From Candidatus Ryanbacteria bacterium CG10_big_fil_rev_8_21_14_0_10_43_42 (GTDB lineage: Bacteria > Patescibacteriota > Minisyncoccia > Ryanbacterales > 2-02-FULL-48-12): DNA of 64,000 nucleotides. The position numbers were made by a program, and so were the translations under genes. The DNA lies in assembly GCA_002793915.1 (NCBI GenBank), contig PFEF01000005.1, positions 7,571 through 71,570 on the forward strand. The letters run 5' to 3'. This document shows, piece by piece, positions 19,856-29,425 of the stretch (position 1 is the stretch's first letter; each line of letters starts with the position of its first letter). The notes under the pieces are model-generated. The model was not told the DNA's origin. It saw only the letters and a list, made by a program, of their open reading frames with translations, and searched no databases.

Positions 19856-20179
19856 ATGGAAGATTGTATATTTTGCAAAATAACCAAAAAGGAAGCGCCG
19901 GCGGAAATACTGACCGAAACGGATAATTTGGTGGTATTTAAGGATATTAAACCATCAGCGCCGGTGCACCTCTTGATTGTTCCCAAAAAACATGTAGTAT
20001 CAATTGCAGAGCTGAAGGCAGAAGATCGTGGCCTTGTTACCGATATGATATATATGGGAAAGGATATGGCGGTAAAAGAGGCTCTTTCCGGGTATCGCTT
20101 ATCGTTTAATGTGGGGCGCGGAGGAGGTCAGCTCGTGGATCATCTTCATCTGCATTTGTTGGGAGGATGGAATCAATAG
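19856..20179 (+). CDS. HIT-family (histidine triad) protein
   Basis: MEDCIFCKI start and HLHLHLLGG triad. The ORF track starts at TTG 19835, but ATG 19856 fits the family N-terminus. Confidence 0.8.
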   Translation: MEDCIFCKITKKEAPAEILTETDNLVVFKDIKPSAPVHLLIVPKKHVVSIAELKAEDRGLVTDMIYMGKDMAVKEALSGYRLSFNVGRGGGQLVDHLHLHLLGGWNQ

Positions 20180-20212
20180 TACTCCTACCTAAAATAATAA
20201 TAATATAGAGAT

Positions 20213-20431
20213 ATGCCATTATTTGTACATAAAAAGCAAAAGGAGTCGGTAGGCGCGTTCTTGCGTCGTTTTTCGCGTGTCGTGCAACACAGCAAAGTTC
20301 TTGTGCGCGTGCGAAATAATCAATTTAGAAAGCGTCCTTTAACGGAGCGGCTTGAGAAATATAACGCCATTCGTCGTGCGGAGAAGCATGTAAAAATGGA
20401 GAAATTACGCAAACTGGGTAAGGTAGAGTAG
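20213..20431 (+). CDS. rpsU: 30S ribosomal protein S21
   Basis: 72 aa basic protein. VLVRVRNNQFRKRPLTERLEKYNAIRRAEK matches the S21 pattern. Confidence 0.75.
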   Translation: MPLFVHKKQKESVGAFLRRFSRVVQHSKVLVRVRNNQFRKRPLTERLEKYNAIRRAEKHVKMEKLRKLGKVE

Positions 20432-20438
20432 AGAACAT

Positions 20439-20894
20439 ATGTCGAAAAAGCAAATAGAAGAACATCTCATGCAGGCCATGAAAGAAGGGAACGACGAAAA
20501 GCGTTCCATCTTACGTATGGTTCTTTCCACGATCCGTAATGCGGAAATTGAAAAGGGTAAAAAGGATGAAGGTCTTTCTCCCGATGAAATGATTCAGCTT
20601 TTGCGTACTGAAGTAAAGAAGCGAAAAGAAGCGGCGGCTGAGTTTTTAAAGGGAAACCGTTCCGATCTTGCCGAAAAAGAAGAACGTGAAGCCGCTATGC
20701 TTACGGTATATTTGCCCCCGGAGCTTACCGATGATGAGCTTATCGCTATTATACGGAAAGCCATTACGGAAACGGATGCTACGTCGGAAAAGGATTTTGG
20801 GGTGGTTATGAAAACAACCATGACGCTTGCAAAAGGGCGTGTGGGGGGAGATCGGGTATCTATTGCGGTAAGAGAAGAGCTTAAGAAATTGTAA
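20439..20894 (+). CDS. yqeY: GatB/YqeY domain protein
   Basis: 151 aa. Shows the ...LRMVLSTIRNAEIEKGK...LAEKEEREAAMLTVYLP...DFGVVMK pattern of the YqeY family. The rpsU-yqeY linkage is conserved. Confidence 0.7.
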   Translation: MSKKQIEEHLMQAMKEGNDEKRSILRMVLSTIRNAEIEKGKKDEGLSPDEMIQLLRTEVKKRKEAAAEFLKGNRSDLAEKEEREAAMLTVYLPPELTDDELIAIIRKAITETDATSEKDFGVVMKTTMTLAKGRVGGDRVSIAVREELKKL

Positions 20895-20906
20895 GCTAGA
20901 ACATTT

Positions 20907-21329
20907 GTGGTGTCTCGAAAAAAAATCAGCACATTAGCTATTACAAATACTACGTCATACCGCATCCCGCGCAAACTTTTGCAGGATGCCTTTTCTCTTG
21001 CGGCTAAAAAGCATATCATGGAGGTAAGTCTTGTATTTTTATCGAATGCAAAGATGCGTACTCTAAATGCAACGTATCGGGGGAAGGATTATTCTCCGAA
21101 TGTTCTTGCTTTTCCGCTTGATGAACATGGCGGAGAAATTTGTATAAATCCCATGGTGGCGAAACGGGAAGCTAAAGAATGTGGATGCACGTTACGTATG
21201 CGTTTTGTGCAATTATTTGTCCATGGTCTTTTGCATCTACAAGGGAAAGATCATCAAAATACAAAAGACGCCGAGGAAATGGAACGGGAAGAAGACAGTA
21301 TCGTGCGGAGTGTAATACCTACTGTATGA
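20907..21329 (+). CDS. ybeY: rRNA maturation RNase YbeY
   Basis: 140 aa with the HGLLHLQGKDH zinc-binding motif. Confidence 0.8.
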   Translation: MVSRKKISTLAITNTTSYRIPRKLLQDAFSLAAKKHIMEVSLVFLSNAKMRTLNATYRGKDYSPNVLAFPLDEHGGEICINPMVAKREAKECGCTLRMRFVQLFVHGLLHLQGKDHQNTKDAEEMEREEDSIVRSVIPTV

Positions 21330-21395
21330 GAAGTTTCCGGAAATGGAGTTTCTTAAAAAGCCCCTGTTCTATTACATAAATCTTAACCAAAAAGG

Positions 21396-22625
21396 ATGGG
21401 AAGAAATAATATAACGGTAGGGCTTGATGTGGGCTCATCCACTATTCGTATTGCGGCTATGGCACCGGACACAAACGAAGGTGCTTCTTTGTTGGGATAC
21501 GGCGTTTCTCGCGCGCTTGGTGTGCGCCGGGGAATTGTTATTGATGTAGCGGATGCAACAAAAAGCATTTCTGAAGCGCGTACGGAAGCGGAGCGTATTA
21601 TTGGCATGCCTATTACGCATGCGTATGTTTCGTTTGGCGGACCGGGGCTTATGGTATATTCCGCCCGCGGAACGGTTGCGGTTTCCCGTGCCGACGGAGA
21701 AATTAGTGAACATGATATTGACCGTGTTCAACAGGCAGCTCACGCCGAGTTGCCACAGCTTTCGAATAGGGAGATTTTACACGAAGTCGTTTTAACATAT
21801 GCCGTAGATAGGGAGGTTGATATTAAAAATCCGGTGGGCATGATTGGTAATCGCTTGGAAGCGCAAATGCTTTTTATAACGGCATTTACACCGCATCTAA
21901 AGAATTTATTACGCAGTGTAGAGGCCGCCGGTATTACGGTGGATGATGTTGTGGCGGCTCCTCTGGCATCCTCTCGTGCGATATTATCCAAGCACCAGAG
22001 AGAAATTGGCGTTTTGCATATGGATATAGGGGGCGCTACGGCATCACTGGCGGTGTTTGAAGAGGGATCGCTCCTTTCGGCAAGTATTTTCCCCTTGGGA
22101 TGCGATCATATCACTAATGATATCGCTATAGGGTTTCAAATTCCGCTTGATGCCGCGGAGCATATGAAGATCATGCATGGTACGCTTCTTTCCGAGGCGG
22201 AATCGAAAAAAGACGTAGTACGCCTGGCAGATTTCATGCCGGAATCGGAAGCATTTGTTTCGCGGAAAGATCTTGCCGATATTATGGCCGCTCGTGCCGC
22301 TGATATTTTTGAAATGACGGAAAAGCATTTGAAGAAAATTGGACGCTCCGGCTTACTGCCTTCGGGCGTAGTGCTTACGGGAGGGGGAGCGAGTATGCAT
22401 GGCGTTGTTGATTTCGCTCGCAGAGAACTTAAGCTTCCGGCGGAGATCGGTATGATTCAGGCGGTTGCCGCACCGGAGCATATTCTTATTGATCCGGCTT
22501 GGACGGTGGCGATAGGACTTTGTTTATGGGCCGGAGAAAGTAATACGGGGCGTTCATTTGGTGCGTTTTCAATGCCAAAGGTGGGAGCATATATTATGCG
22601 CGTTATTCGTCCGCTTATTCCGTAA
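21396..22625 (+). CDS. ftsA: cell division protein FtsA
   Basis: 409 aa actin-like ATPase. ITVGLDVGSSTIRIA phosphate-1 motif. Lies directly upstream of ftsZ. Confidence 0.9.
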   Translation: MGRNNITVGLDVGSSTIRIAAMAPDTNEGASLLGYGVSRALGVRRGIVIDVADATKSISEARTEAERIIGMPITHAYVSFGGPGLMVYSARGTVAVSRADGEISEHDIDRVQQAAHAELPQLSNREILHEVVLTYAVDREVDIKNPVGMIGNRLEAQMLFITAFTPHLKNLLRSVEAAGITVDDVVAAPLASSRAILSKHQREIGVLHMDIGGATASLAVFEEGSLLSASIFPLGCDHITNDIAIGFQIPLDAAEHMKIMHGTLLSEAESKKDVVRLADFMPESEAFVSRKDLADIMAARAADIFEMTEKHLKKIGRSGLLPSGVVLTGGGASMHGVVDFARRELKLPAEIGMIQAVAAPEHILIDPAWTVAIGLCLWAGESNTGRSFGAFSMPKVGAYIMRVIRPLIP

Positions 22626-22780
22626 ACGTATTTTATCCCCACTCTATCCACAAGAAATACCCATATGTGTTCTTTAGAGCACATATCTTTTGTTATTAGC
22701 GCAAGATTGACGGCGCTTCATGAGGGCATTAGGATAGACATACACAGGTACGCCGAATTATAGTAATTTTTCATTGTATT

Positions 22781-23956
22781 ATGCCAAGTATTAAACCAGA
22801 CGTAGAAGCATTTGCCCGTATTAAACTTGTCGGTGTGGGGGGAGCCGGAGGAAATGCGGTAAATCATATGATTCGTCTCAAAGTACAGGGGACGGATTTT
22901 ATTGCCATCAATACCGATGCGCAGGATCTTCATCATAATCTTGCTCCCAAAAAAATTCACATAGGAAAAAATCTTACAAAAGGATTAGGTGCCGGCATGA
23001 ATCCCGAGCTGGGACGACAAGCGGCCGAAGAAACAATTGAAGAAATTAAGGATGCTCTTAAGGGAGCGGATATGGTTGTTGTTGTTGCGGGTTTGGGTGG
23101 CGGCACCGGCACCGGAGCGGCTCCGGTTGTCGCCGAAGCGGCGCGTCAGCAAGGAGCACTTACTATTTCGGTGGCAACAAAACCGTTTTCATTTGAGGGC
23201 GCACAACGCATGCGTATTGCTGATGGCGGTATGGAAAAACTTAAAGATGCCGTGGATGCCATGGTTATGATTCCAAATGATCGTTTACTCGCCGTGATTG
23301 AAAAAGGAACATCGTTCAAAGAGGCGTTTATCGTATGTGACGAAGTGGTGCGTCAAGCTGTTCAGGGAATTTCCGATCTCATTACTATGCCGGGTATCGT
23401 AAATGTGGACTTTGCAGATGTAAAAGCGGTTATGCAGGACGCCGGATCGGCGCTTATGGGTATCGGAAAAGGAACGGGAGAAACGCGTTCTACGGATGCG
23501 GCAAAGCAGGCAATTAATTCGCCCCTTCTCGATATCGCCATTGATGGTGCGCGCGGCGTTCTCTTTGCTATTCATGGTGGAGCAGATATGTCCATGTGGG
23601 AAATTCAAGAAGCCGCCCGCGTTATTACGGAATCTATTGATAAAGATGCAAAAGTTATATTCGGCGCCGTGGAAGATACGCGTCTTAAGAAGGGTGAGAT
23701 GCGAGTTACCGTTATTGCTTCGGGATTTCCGGCCGATGCACGCATTGGCATGGGGCAACCTTCGGGAGTTCCAATAGCATCGGTGGCGGACACGTCTTCC
23801 ACGGAACGAAAACGTTCACCTTCGGGAGAAACGGTGATTAGTGTTACAAAATCAAATCCGGCACGTACCCAACCGGCAAAAAATGAAAACGAAGAAGACG
23901 AGGAGAAGGAAGATAATGAGTGGGATGTTCCGGCATTCTTTCGCCGCCGAAGGTGA
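22781..23956 (+). CDS. ftsZ: cell division protein FtsZ
   Basis: 391 aa. Carries the tubulin signature [14 protein letters not shown] and [16 protein letters not shown], plus an acidic C-terminal tail. Confidence 0.95.
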   Translation: MPSIKPDVEAFARIKLVGVGGAGGNAVNHMIRLKVQGTDFIAINTDAQDLHHNLAPKKIHIGKNLTKGLGAGMNPELGRQAAEETIEEIKDALKGADMVVVVAGLGGGTGTGAAPVVAEAARQQGALTISVATKPFSFEGAQRMRIADGGMEKLKDAVDAMVMIPNDRLLAVIEKGTSFKEAFIVCDEVVRQAVQGISDLITMPGIVNVDFADVKAVMQDAGSALMGIGKGTGETRSTDAAKQAINSPLLDIAIDGARGVLFAIHGGADMSMWEIQEAARVITESIDKDAKVIFGAVEDTRLKKGEMRVTVIASGFPADARIGMGQPSGVPIASVADTSSTERKRSPSGETVISVTKSNPARTQPAKNENEEDEEKEDNEWDVPAFFRRRR

Positions 23957-24022
23957 GGTTGGCAAAGAGTTATATATAGATTTTGAATTCTCGTGATATC
24001 ATGAGTAATCGCAAAAAGAAAA

Positions 24023-24048
24023 ACACTCGTGGAAACACGAGTGTTTTG
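24023..24048 (+). terminator. Rho-independent terminator after ftsZ
   Basis: 9-bp stem acactcgtg/cacgagtgt with a GAAA loop, followed by TTTT. Confidence 0.75.
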
Positions 24049-24227
24049 ATAGGAGCGCGCGTCATTTTAGTTAGATGGCGGCAAGTTTAACAGCAGTAAC
24101 AGGGCTAAAATAATAAAAAATACACCAAAAACATAAAGGAGACACAGTCCCACTTTGGTTGTTGTGCTTATCCGCATTAAGAACCTCCTATGACTCTTTA
24201 TATATTAAAATACATTGTCGAGCAATC

Positions 24228-24253
24228 AAAAAACCCGCCGGTAAGGCGGGCTT
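24228..24253 (-). terminator. Rho-independent terminator of rnpB (minus strand)
   Basis: On the minus strand: aagcccgcc-ttacc-ggcgggtttttt. Confidence 0.7.
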
Positions 24254-24261
24254 AATGACGT

Positions 24262-24698
24262 GCGTATATCTATAAGCCGGGTTCTGTACCAATTTTATAC
24301 AGAATATAAAATTGGCGATGATCATCTATCTAGTCGTACAATTACTTGTACGATCAAGCTCCTTCCTTACATTAAGTAATGCAAGGCACAGGATTGCACC
24401 GGATAAGTGTTTTTCACCCGATATTGTTGCCAATGCCGGCTGTGAGCTCTTACCTCACCTCTTTTCACCCTTACCCGGCACATATTTGATATGCGAATAC
24501 ATACCAAATATGTGCCGGGCGGTATAGTTTCTGTGACACTATCTCGTTCCGCATAATGCGGAAGGCGGCCGTTAGCCGCTATCACTCCTTCGACATTGCG
24601 TCAAAGCGGTGCCCGGACTTTCCTCCCGACATATATCTATTTCTAATAGATATGTATCTAAGAAATAGATATACACCCGGCGATCATCCGATATACAA
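24262..24698 (-). ncRNA. rnpB: RNase P RNA, bacterial type A
   Basis: The reverse complement contains GGGAGGAAAGUCCGGGC (P4), ACAGAAACU..ACCGCC, GGGUAAGGGUGAAA.GGUG.GGUAAGAGC.CAC and ACAGAACCCGGCUUAU. P1 pairing is GUAUAUC..CCGGG/CCCGG..GAUAUAC. ORFs 24312..24527(+) and 24367..24585(-) are spurious. Confidence 0.85.
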
Positions 24699-24820
24699 CG
24701 CATATTATACAACCTTAATAAATATAAGTCAATAATGCTCTTACTTGCTTGGATGAGCGGTATGCATCTATAATGAAGTGTACGTTGTGTGATATCAGGA
24801 TAAGTTAATTAATAGGAATT

Positions 24821-27301
24821 ATGGAACCACCATTAACAAAAACATCTTTTCGGAGTGAAAATGTTTCCGGGGAATGGGAAGAAGAAGCAGGATCAATAGC
24901 GATACATGGAAATACTGTTTTCGAAGAAGATGAACAGCTAAAAACATCTTCATCCGACGAATCAGAGGAGGATTCTGTATGGACGCGCATTACTCGCTGG
25001 GTAGTGTATCTAATAGCGTTGTTAGCGCCGCTTTGGTTTTTGCCGACGACGGTAACACCGCTTGAAACCAATAAGCTTTTCCTTGTTTCCTTTCTTGTTA
25101 TTATCGGATTCATCGCATGGTTGGGTCGTGCCATTTATGCGGGAAACGTTCGCATACCCCGCAGTCGTTTGCTCCTTGCTTTGCTTGTGTGGCTAGGTAT
25201 ATATCTCCTTGCTTCTGTTTTTTCTGGAAGTCCGGATACAAGTTTTTGGGATCCGACGGCACGTTCATTTTTCAGCCTTTTGATATTTTCACTAATAACA
25301 TTTCTCACCGCTGTTAGTTTGGAAGCAAAAGATATCCGCCGAGTATACGGCTTTCTTCTTATAGCTGGTACGATAGTTGCGGTATTTACTCTTTTTCGTA
25401 CGGTGTTTAACCTTAATTTTCTCCCCTGGACATTTGCGGGCGGGCGTACATTTAATCTTATCGGATCATGGAATGCGCTCGGTATCTTTTTCGGATTTTT
25501 ACTGGTGACGGTGGCGCCTCTCTTGGAAGGCAGTCTTCCGCGCATTACAAAAGCATTTTTGGGTATACTTGCGGCGGGATCATTATTGTTAGCGGCTCTA
25601 GTTAATTTTTCTTATGTATGGATTGGTATCGGCTTTATATCCATTATGTTTCTTGCGTATTATTTGTCTCGTTCCGTCAGTAGAAAAGCAATCGGTATGC
25701 CGCTTATTCTTCTTCTTATATCCGTTTTATTTTTTCTTTCCCGCAATCAGATTGGCGCGTTTGTAACGGCTCTTAACGCACCTCTTGATGTAACGCCGTC
25801 ATTTTCCACCACGTTGCATCTTACGGGAGAGGTGTTAAAAAAATCACCCGTTTTCGGACTGGGACCAAATACATTTGGTCAGGCATGGGATTTATATAAA
25901 GATCCAAACATTAACAATACTGTTTTCTGGAGTCTTCGTTTTGAAACGGGGTCAGCTTCTGCGACAACTCTTCTTGCCATGACAGGCGTACTGGGCGGTA
26001 TCGGATTTCTTGTGTTTATAGGACTGATTATATGGTATGGCCTTATGTTGTTGGGAAGGTTTCCTGATGAGGAAGGACCAATTAAGAAATCCATTGTGAT
26101 AGGAACTTTTTTGGGAACCGCCTTCCTGCTGTATGCATGGTTTGTGTATCCGCTTAATAGCGCGCTTTCCATACTTACATTCTTGTCTATCGGACTTTTG
26201 ATTGCCGAGGGGCGCATTATCGGCTTGGTTAAAGAGCGGAAATTTTCCATTGTAGCTGATTCTTCCAAAGGGTTTATCGCCGCTCTTCTCATAATTTTCT
26301 TTATGGTGTTTGGTGTTGTCGGTGTTTATATTACCGGACAAAAATATGTAGCATCGGTGTTTTATGGTCAGGGTATTTCGCGTCTTAATGAAGATGGAGC
26401 TGTTAATGCCGCAGAAGATTCATTTCGGCGCGCTGTTACGTTTGATGCAAATCGTGATGAATATTTGCGCGCGCTTGCTCAAACATCATTTATAAAATTA
26501 CAACGCAGTGTGCAAAATGCCGAAAATCTTCCCGCCGAAGATGTTCAGAATACATTTCAGCTTGCCCTCTCCAATGCTATATCGAGCGCTCTTGCCGCTA
26601 CACATGCAAATGGCGGGGATTCGGTGAATTGGCGGCTTCTCGGACAAATCTATGAAGTTGTCATTCCGTTCGTAGACGGAGCATCGGAAGCATCCATTAA
26701 TGCATATAAGGAGGCTATTGACCGTGCGCCATTAAATCCATCGCTCCGTGATGATGTTGCCCGCGTATATCTGATTATGGGGGATCAGGTTCAGGCACGG
26801 GAATCATTGCAAAAAGCCATTGAGCTTAAAGGGGACTACGCAACGGCTCATTTCCGGCTTGCACAGATTGCGTCCATTAAAGGAAATACGGAAGACGCAA
26901 TTCAGAATACCGAACGAGCAGCTCTTTCGGCTCCGAATGATATCGGTATTCTGTTTCAATTGGGGCTCCTGTATTATCAGGAAGACCGTTTTTCCGATGC
27001 CCGGCAGATTTTGGAACGCGCAGTACGTTTAAGTACTAACTTTTCCAATGCACGTTATTTCCTTGGTCTCACGTATGCCGCATTAGGAGAGGATGTCAGT
27101 GCTATAGAGCAGTTTACGCGTATCGCGGAGCTTAATCCGGATAATAGGGAAGTTAAACAGATTTTAGCGAATTTGGAAGCAGGACGAAATCCTCTTTCGG
27201 GTATTTCGCCTCCCGGACCTGCTCCTCTTGAGCGGGAACAGCCTCCGGTGGAAGAAGAAATTACGGAAGAGCCGTCGGATGAAGTCATAAACGAAGAATA
27301 G
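24821..27301 (+). CDS. O-antigen ligase (Wzy_C)-like polytopic membrane protein with C-terminal TPR repeats
   Basis: 826 aa. The first ~480 aa hold at least 10 TM helices. The C-terminal ~300 aa hold TPR-like repeats (AHFRLAQIASIKGNTEDAI; ARYFLGLTYAALGED). Confidence 0.6.
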   Translation: MEPPLTKTSFRSENVSGEWEEEAGSIAIHGNTVFEEDEQLKTSSSDESEEDSVWTRITRWVVYLIALLAPLWFLPTTVTPLETNKLFLVSFLVIIGFIAWLGRAIYAGNVRIPRSRLLLALLVWLGIYLLASVFSGSPDTSFWDPTARSFFSLLIFSLITFLTAVSLEAKDIRRVYGFLLIAGTIVAVFTLFRTVFNLNFLPWTFAGGRTFNLIGSWNALGIFFGFLLVTVAPLLEGSLPRITKAFLGILAAGSLLLAALVNFSYVWIGIGFISIMFLAYYLSRSVSRKAIGMPLILLLISVLFFLSRNQIGAFVTALNAPLDVTPSFSTTLHLTGEVLKKSPVFGLGPNTFGQAWDLYKDPNINNTVFWSLRFETGSASATTLLAMTGVLGGIGFLVFIGLIIWYGLMLLGRFPDEEGPIKKSIVIGTFLGTAFLLYAWFVYPLNSALSILTFLSIGLLIAEGRIIGLVKERKFSIVADSSKGFIAALLIIFFMVFGVVGVYITGQKYVASVFYGQGISRLNEDGAVNAAEDSFRRAVTFDANRDEYLRALAQTSFIKLQRSVQNAENLPAEDVQNTFQLALSNAISSALAATHANGGDSVNWRLLGQIYEVVIPFVDGASEASINAYKEAIDRAPLNPSLRDDVARVYLIMGDQVQARESLQKAIELKGDYATAHFRLAQIASIKGNTEDAIQNTERAALSAPNDIGILFQLGLLYYQEDRFSDARQILERAVRLSTNFSNARYFLGLTYAALGEDVSAIEQFTRIAELNPDNREVKQILANLEAGRNPLSGISPPGPAPLEREQPPVEEEITEEPSDEVINEE

Positions 27302-27374
27302 CAATATAATGAAAATAAAGCGGTTACGATTAAGTCCGGTAAAGACGGTGTCGTTGTGACCGTTTTTATGTAAC

Positions 27375-29051
27375 ATGAGACGAGTTCTGGAGTTGTTCCA
27401 TAGAGAATTAAAAGGAGTACATCAAGCTGCCGTGCTTCTTGCGGGAGCAACAATCGTAAGTAGTCTTTTAGGGCTTTTGCGTGATCGTTTTTTGGCGTCC
27501 ACCTTTGGTGCCGGTGCCGAGCTTGATATTTATTATGCGGCATTTCGCATTCCTGATTTTCTCTACACGGTTTCCATTTTATTTATAGCGTCTACGGCAA
27601 TTATTCCCGTATTTCTTGATGTTCTTGTAAAAAACGAAGAACGTGCCAGGGAAATTATTCATGCGCTTTTGACAATTTTTCTGTTATTTATGGGGGTGGT
27701 ACTAGGGATCGTATATCTGGCGCTTCCGAATATATTGCCCTTTCTTGTTCCGGGATTTGGCGGCGAAGACAGTGCGCGTGCCGTTGAGGTATCGCGTATT
27801 TTACTTCTTTCTCCTCTATTTCTTGGTCTTTCGCATCTTCTCTCAAGCGTTACGCAGACATTTAAGAGGTTTTTTATATATGCCTTAAGTCCGCTCTTTT
27901 ATAACATGGGTATTATAGGGGGAATTATATTTCTAGTGCCTCGTTTTGGCTTGTCGGGACTTGCAGTGGGTGTTGTTGTGGGGGCGTTTTTACATATGGC
28001 TATTCAACTACCAAGCATTATACGGCTGGGATTTCCTCTCGGCTTTACATTTGTATTTCCGCGGGAAATAAAAGATATTCTTATGATTTCTTTTCCGCGT
28101 ACTATCGGTCTTGTTGCTATGCAACTCACGTTTATAGCCATTACCGCCATAGCATCCACTATTGGTGTGGGGTCTATTGCAGTATTTAATCTCTCTTATA
28201 ACTTGCAGTCCATTCCGCTTTCCGTTATCGGTCTTTCTTACAGTATTGCGGCATTTCCCACCATGGCGGAGCTTGTCATAAAAAAAGACCGAAAAGTATT
28301 TTTCGACCATTTGGGCATGGCGGCGCGGCATATTATGTTCTGGACCATGCCGCTTTCCATTTTATTTTTGGTGTTGCGTGCGCACATTGTCCGCATTATC
28401 CTGGGCGCCGGAGCATTTGGGTGGGTGGATACGCGCCTTACGGCAGCAAGTCTCGCATTATTTTCTTTTGGTATTGTGGCACAGAGTTTAGTTGCGTTAT
28501 TTGTACGATCATTTTATGCGCTAGGGCGTACAACAGCTCCGGTGGTTCTTAATGTATTTTCTATGGGACTCACCGTTGTTTTTGCATTCGTCTTTGTTTC
28601 CCTTTTGAATACAGGATCAATGTTTGCCGATATATTTTCACGTATCCTTCGCGTAGAAGGTGTTCCTAATATTTCCATGCTGGGACTTCCTTTTGCGTTT
28701 GCATTAGGGAGTATTATAAATGCTGTGTTGTTGGGAATAGGTCTTTCGCGTATTGATTCATTGTTTCGAAATTGCCGTATTCTTGTTTCTTTGGGGGAAA
28801 TTATGGTTTCAAGCGCATTATTGGGAATTACATCCTATATAGTTCTTCATGTTTCGGCAAATTGGTTTAATCAGGAAACATTTCTGGGTATATTCCTGCA
28901 AGGAATATGTGCCGGTCTTGCGGGAATAGGTATGTTTCTATTATTTCTTAGAATAAGAAATAATAAAGAATTCAAAGAAGTATACGTGGCCCTCACACGA
29001 AAGTTTTGGAAAGAAAACGATGCTTTTGCGCCGGAGCAAGACAGGATCTAA
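27375..29051 (+). CDS. murJ: lipid II flippase MurJ
   Basis: 558 aa with 14 TM helices. N-terminus is AVLLAGATIVSSLLGLLRDRFLASTFGAGAELDIYYAAFRIPDF. Confidence 0.85.
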   Translation: MRRVLELFHRELKGVHQAAVLLAGATIVSSLLGLLRDRFLASTFGAGAELDIYYAAFRIPDFLYTVSILFIASTAIIPVFLDVLVKNEERAREIIHALLTIFLLFMGVVLGIVYLALPNILPFLVPGFGGEDSARAVEVSRILLLSPLFLGLSHLLSSVTQTFKRFFIYALSPLFYNMGIIGGIIFLVPRFGLSGLAVGVVVGAFLHMAIQLPSIIRLGFPLGFTFVFPREIKDILMISFPRTIGLVAMQLTFIAITAIASTIGVGSIAVFNLSYNLQSIPLSVIGLSYSIAAFPTMAELVIKKDRKVFFDHLGMAARHIMFWTMPLSILFLVLRAHIVRIILGAGAFGWVDTRLTAASLALFSFGIVAQSLVALFVRSFYALGRTTAPVVLNVFSMGLTVVFAFVFVSLLNTGSMFADIFSRILRVEGVPNISMLGLPFAFALGSIINAVLLGIGLSRIDSLFRNCRILVSLGEIMVSSALLGITSYIVLHVSANWFNQETFLGIFLQGICAGLAGIGMFLLFLRIRNNKEFKEVYVALTRKFWKENDAFAPEQDRI

Positions 29052-29425
29052 TATAAAATATATGTTATAGAGGAACTTATGCACAGGAATATGGAAACAA
29101 GCAAGGAGTATATGGTATAATATAGGTCATATGGGAAACATGTATACTAATCAAAAAAGCACAACATCTCGCTCTGAAGAACGGCCGCATAAATATGGTC
29201 CTTCCGTTATCCATCTCATCGCTATCGGCGGCATTCTTCTTATAATGATAGCGACCATTTTTGCAATGCAGTCATAGGGTGTGTTGCAAGGAGGAAATAA
29301 AAAAACCACGCTTATAGGTGTGTTTTTTTTATGGAATAATCGTATGGTAATATTCTTTTTTTAGAATCTTTTTCTGTAAGCATAATTTTGACAAAAGGCT
29401 TGCCGCGTAGCACAATGGATACGCT

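Noticed and set aside
24312-24585. ORFs 24312..24527(+) and 24367..24585(-)
   Set aside because: Both lie within the RNase P RNA gene, which carries the conserved P4 and other motifs on the minus strand.
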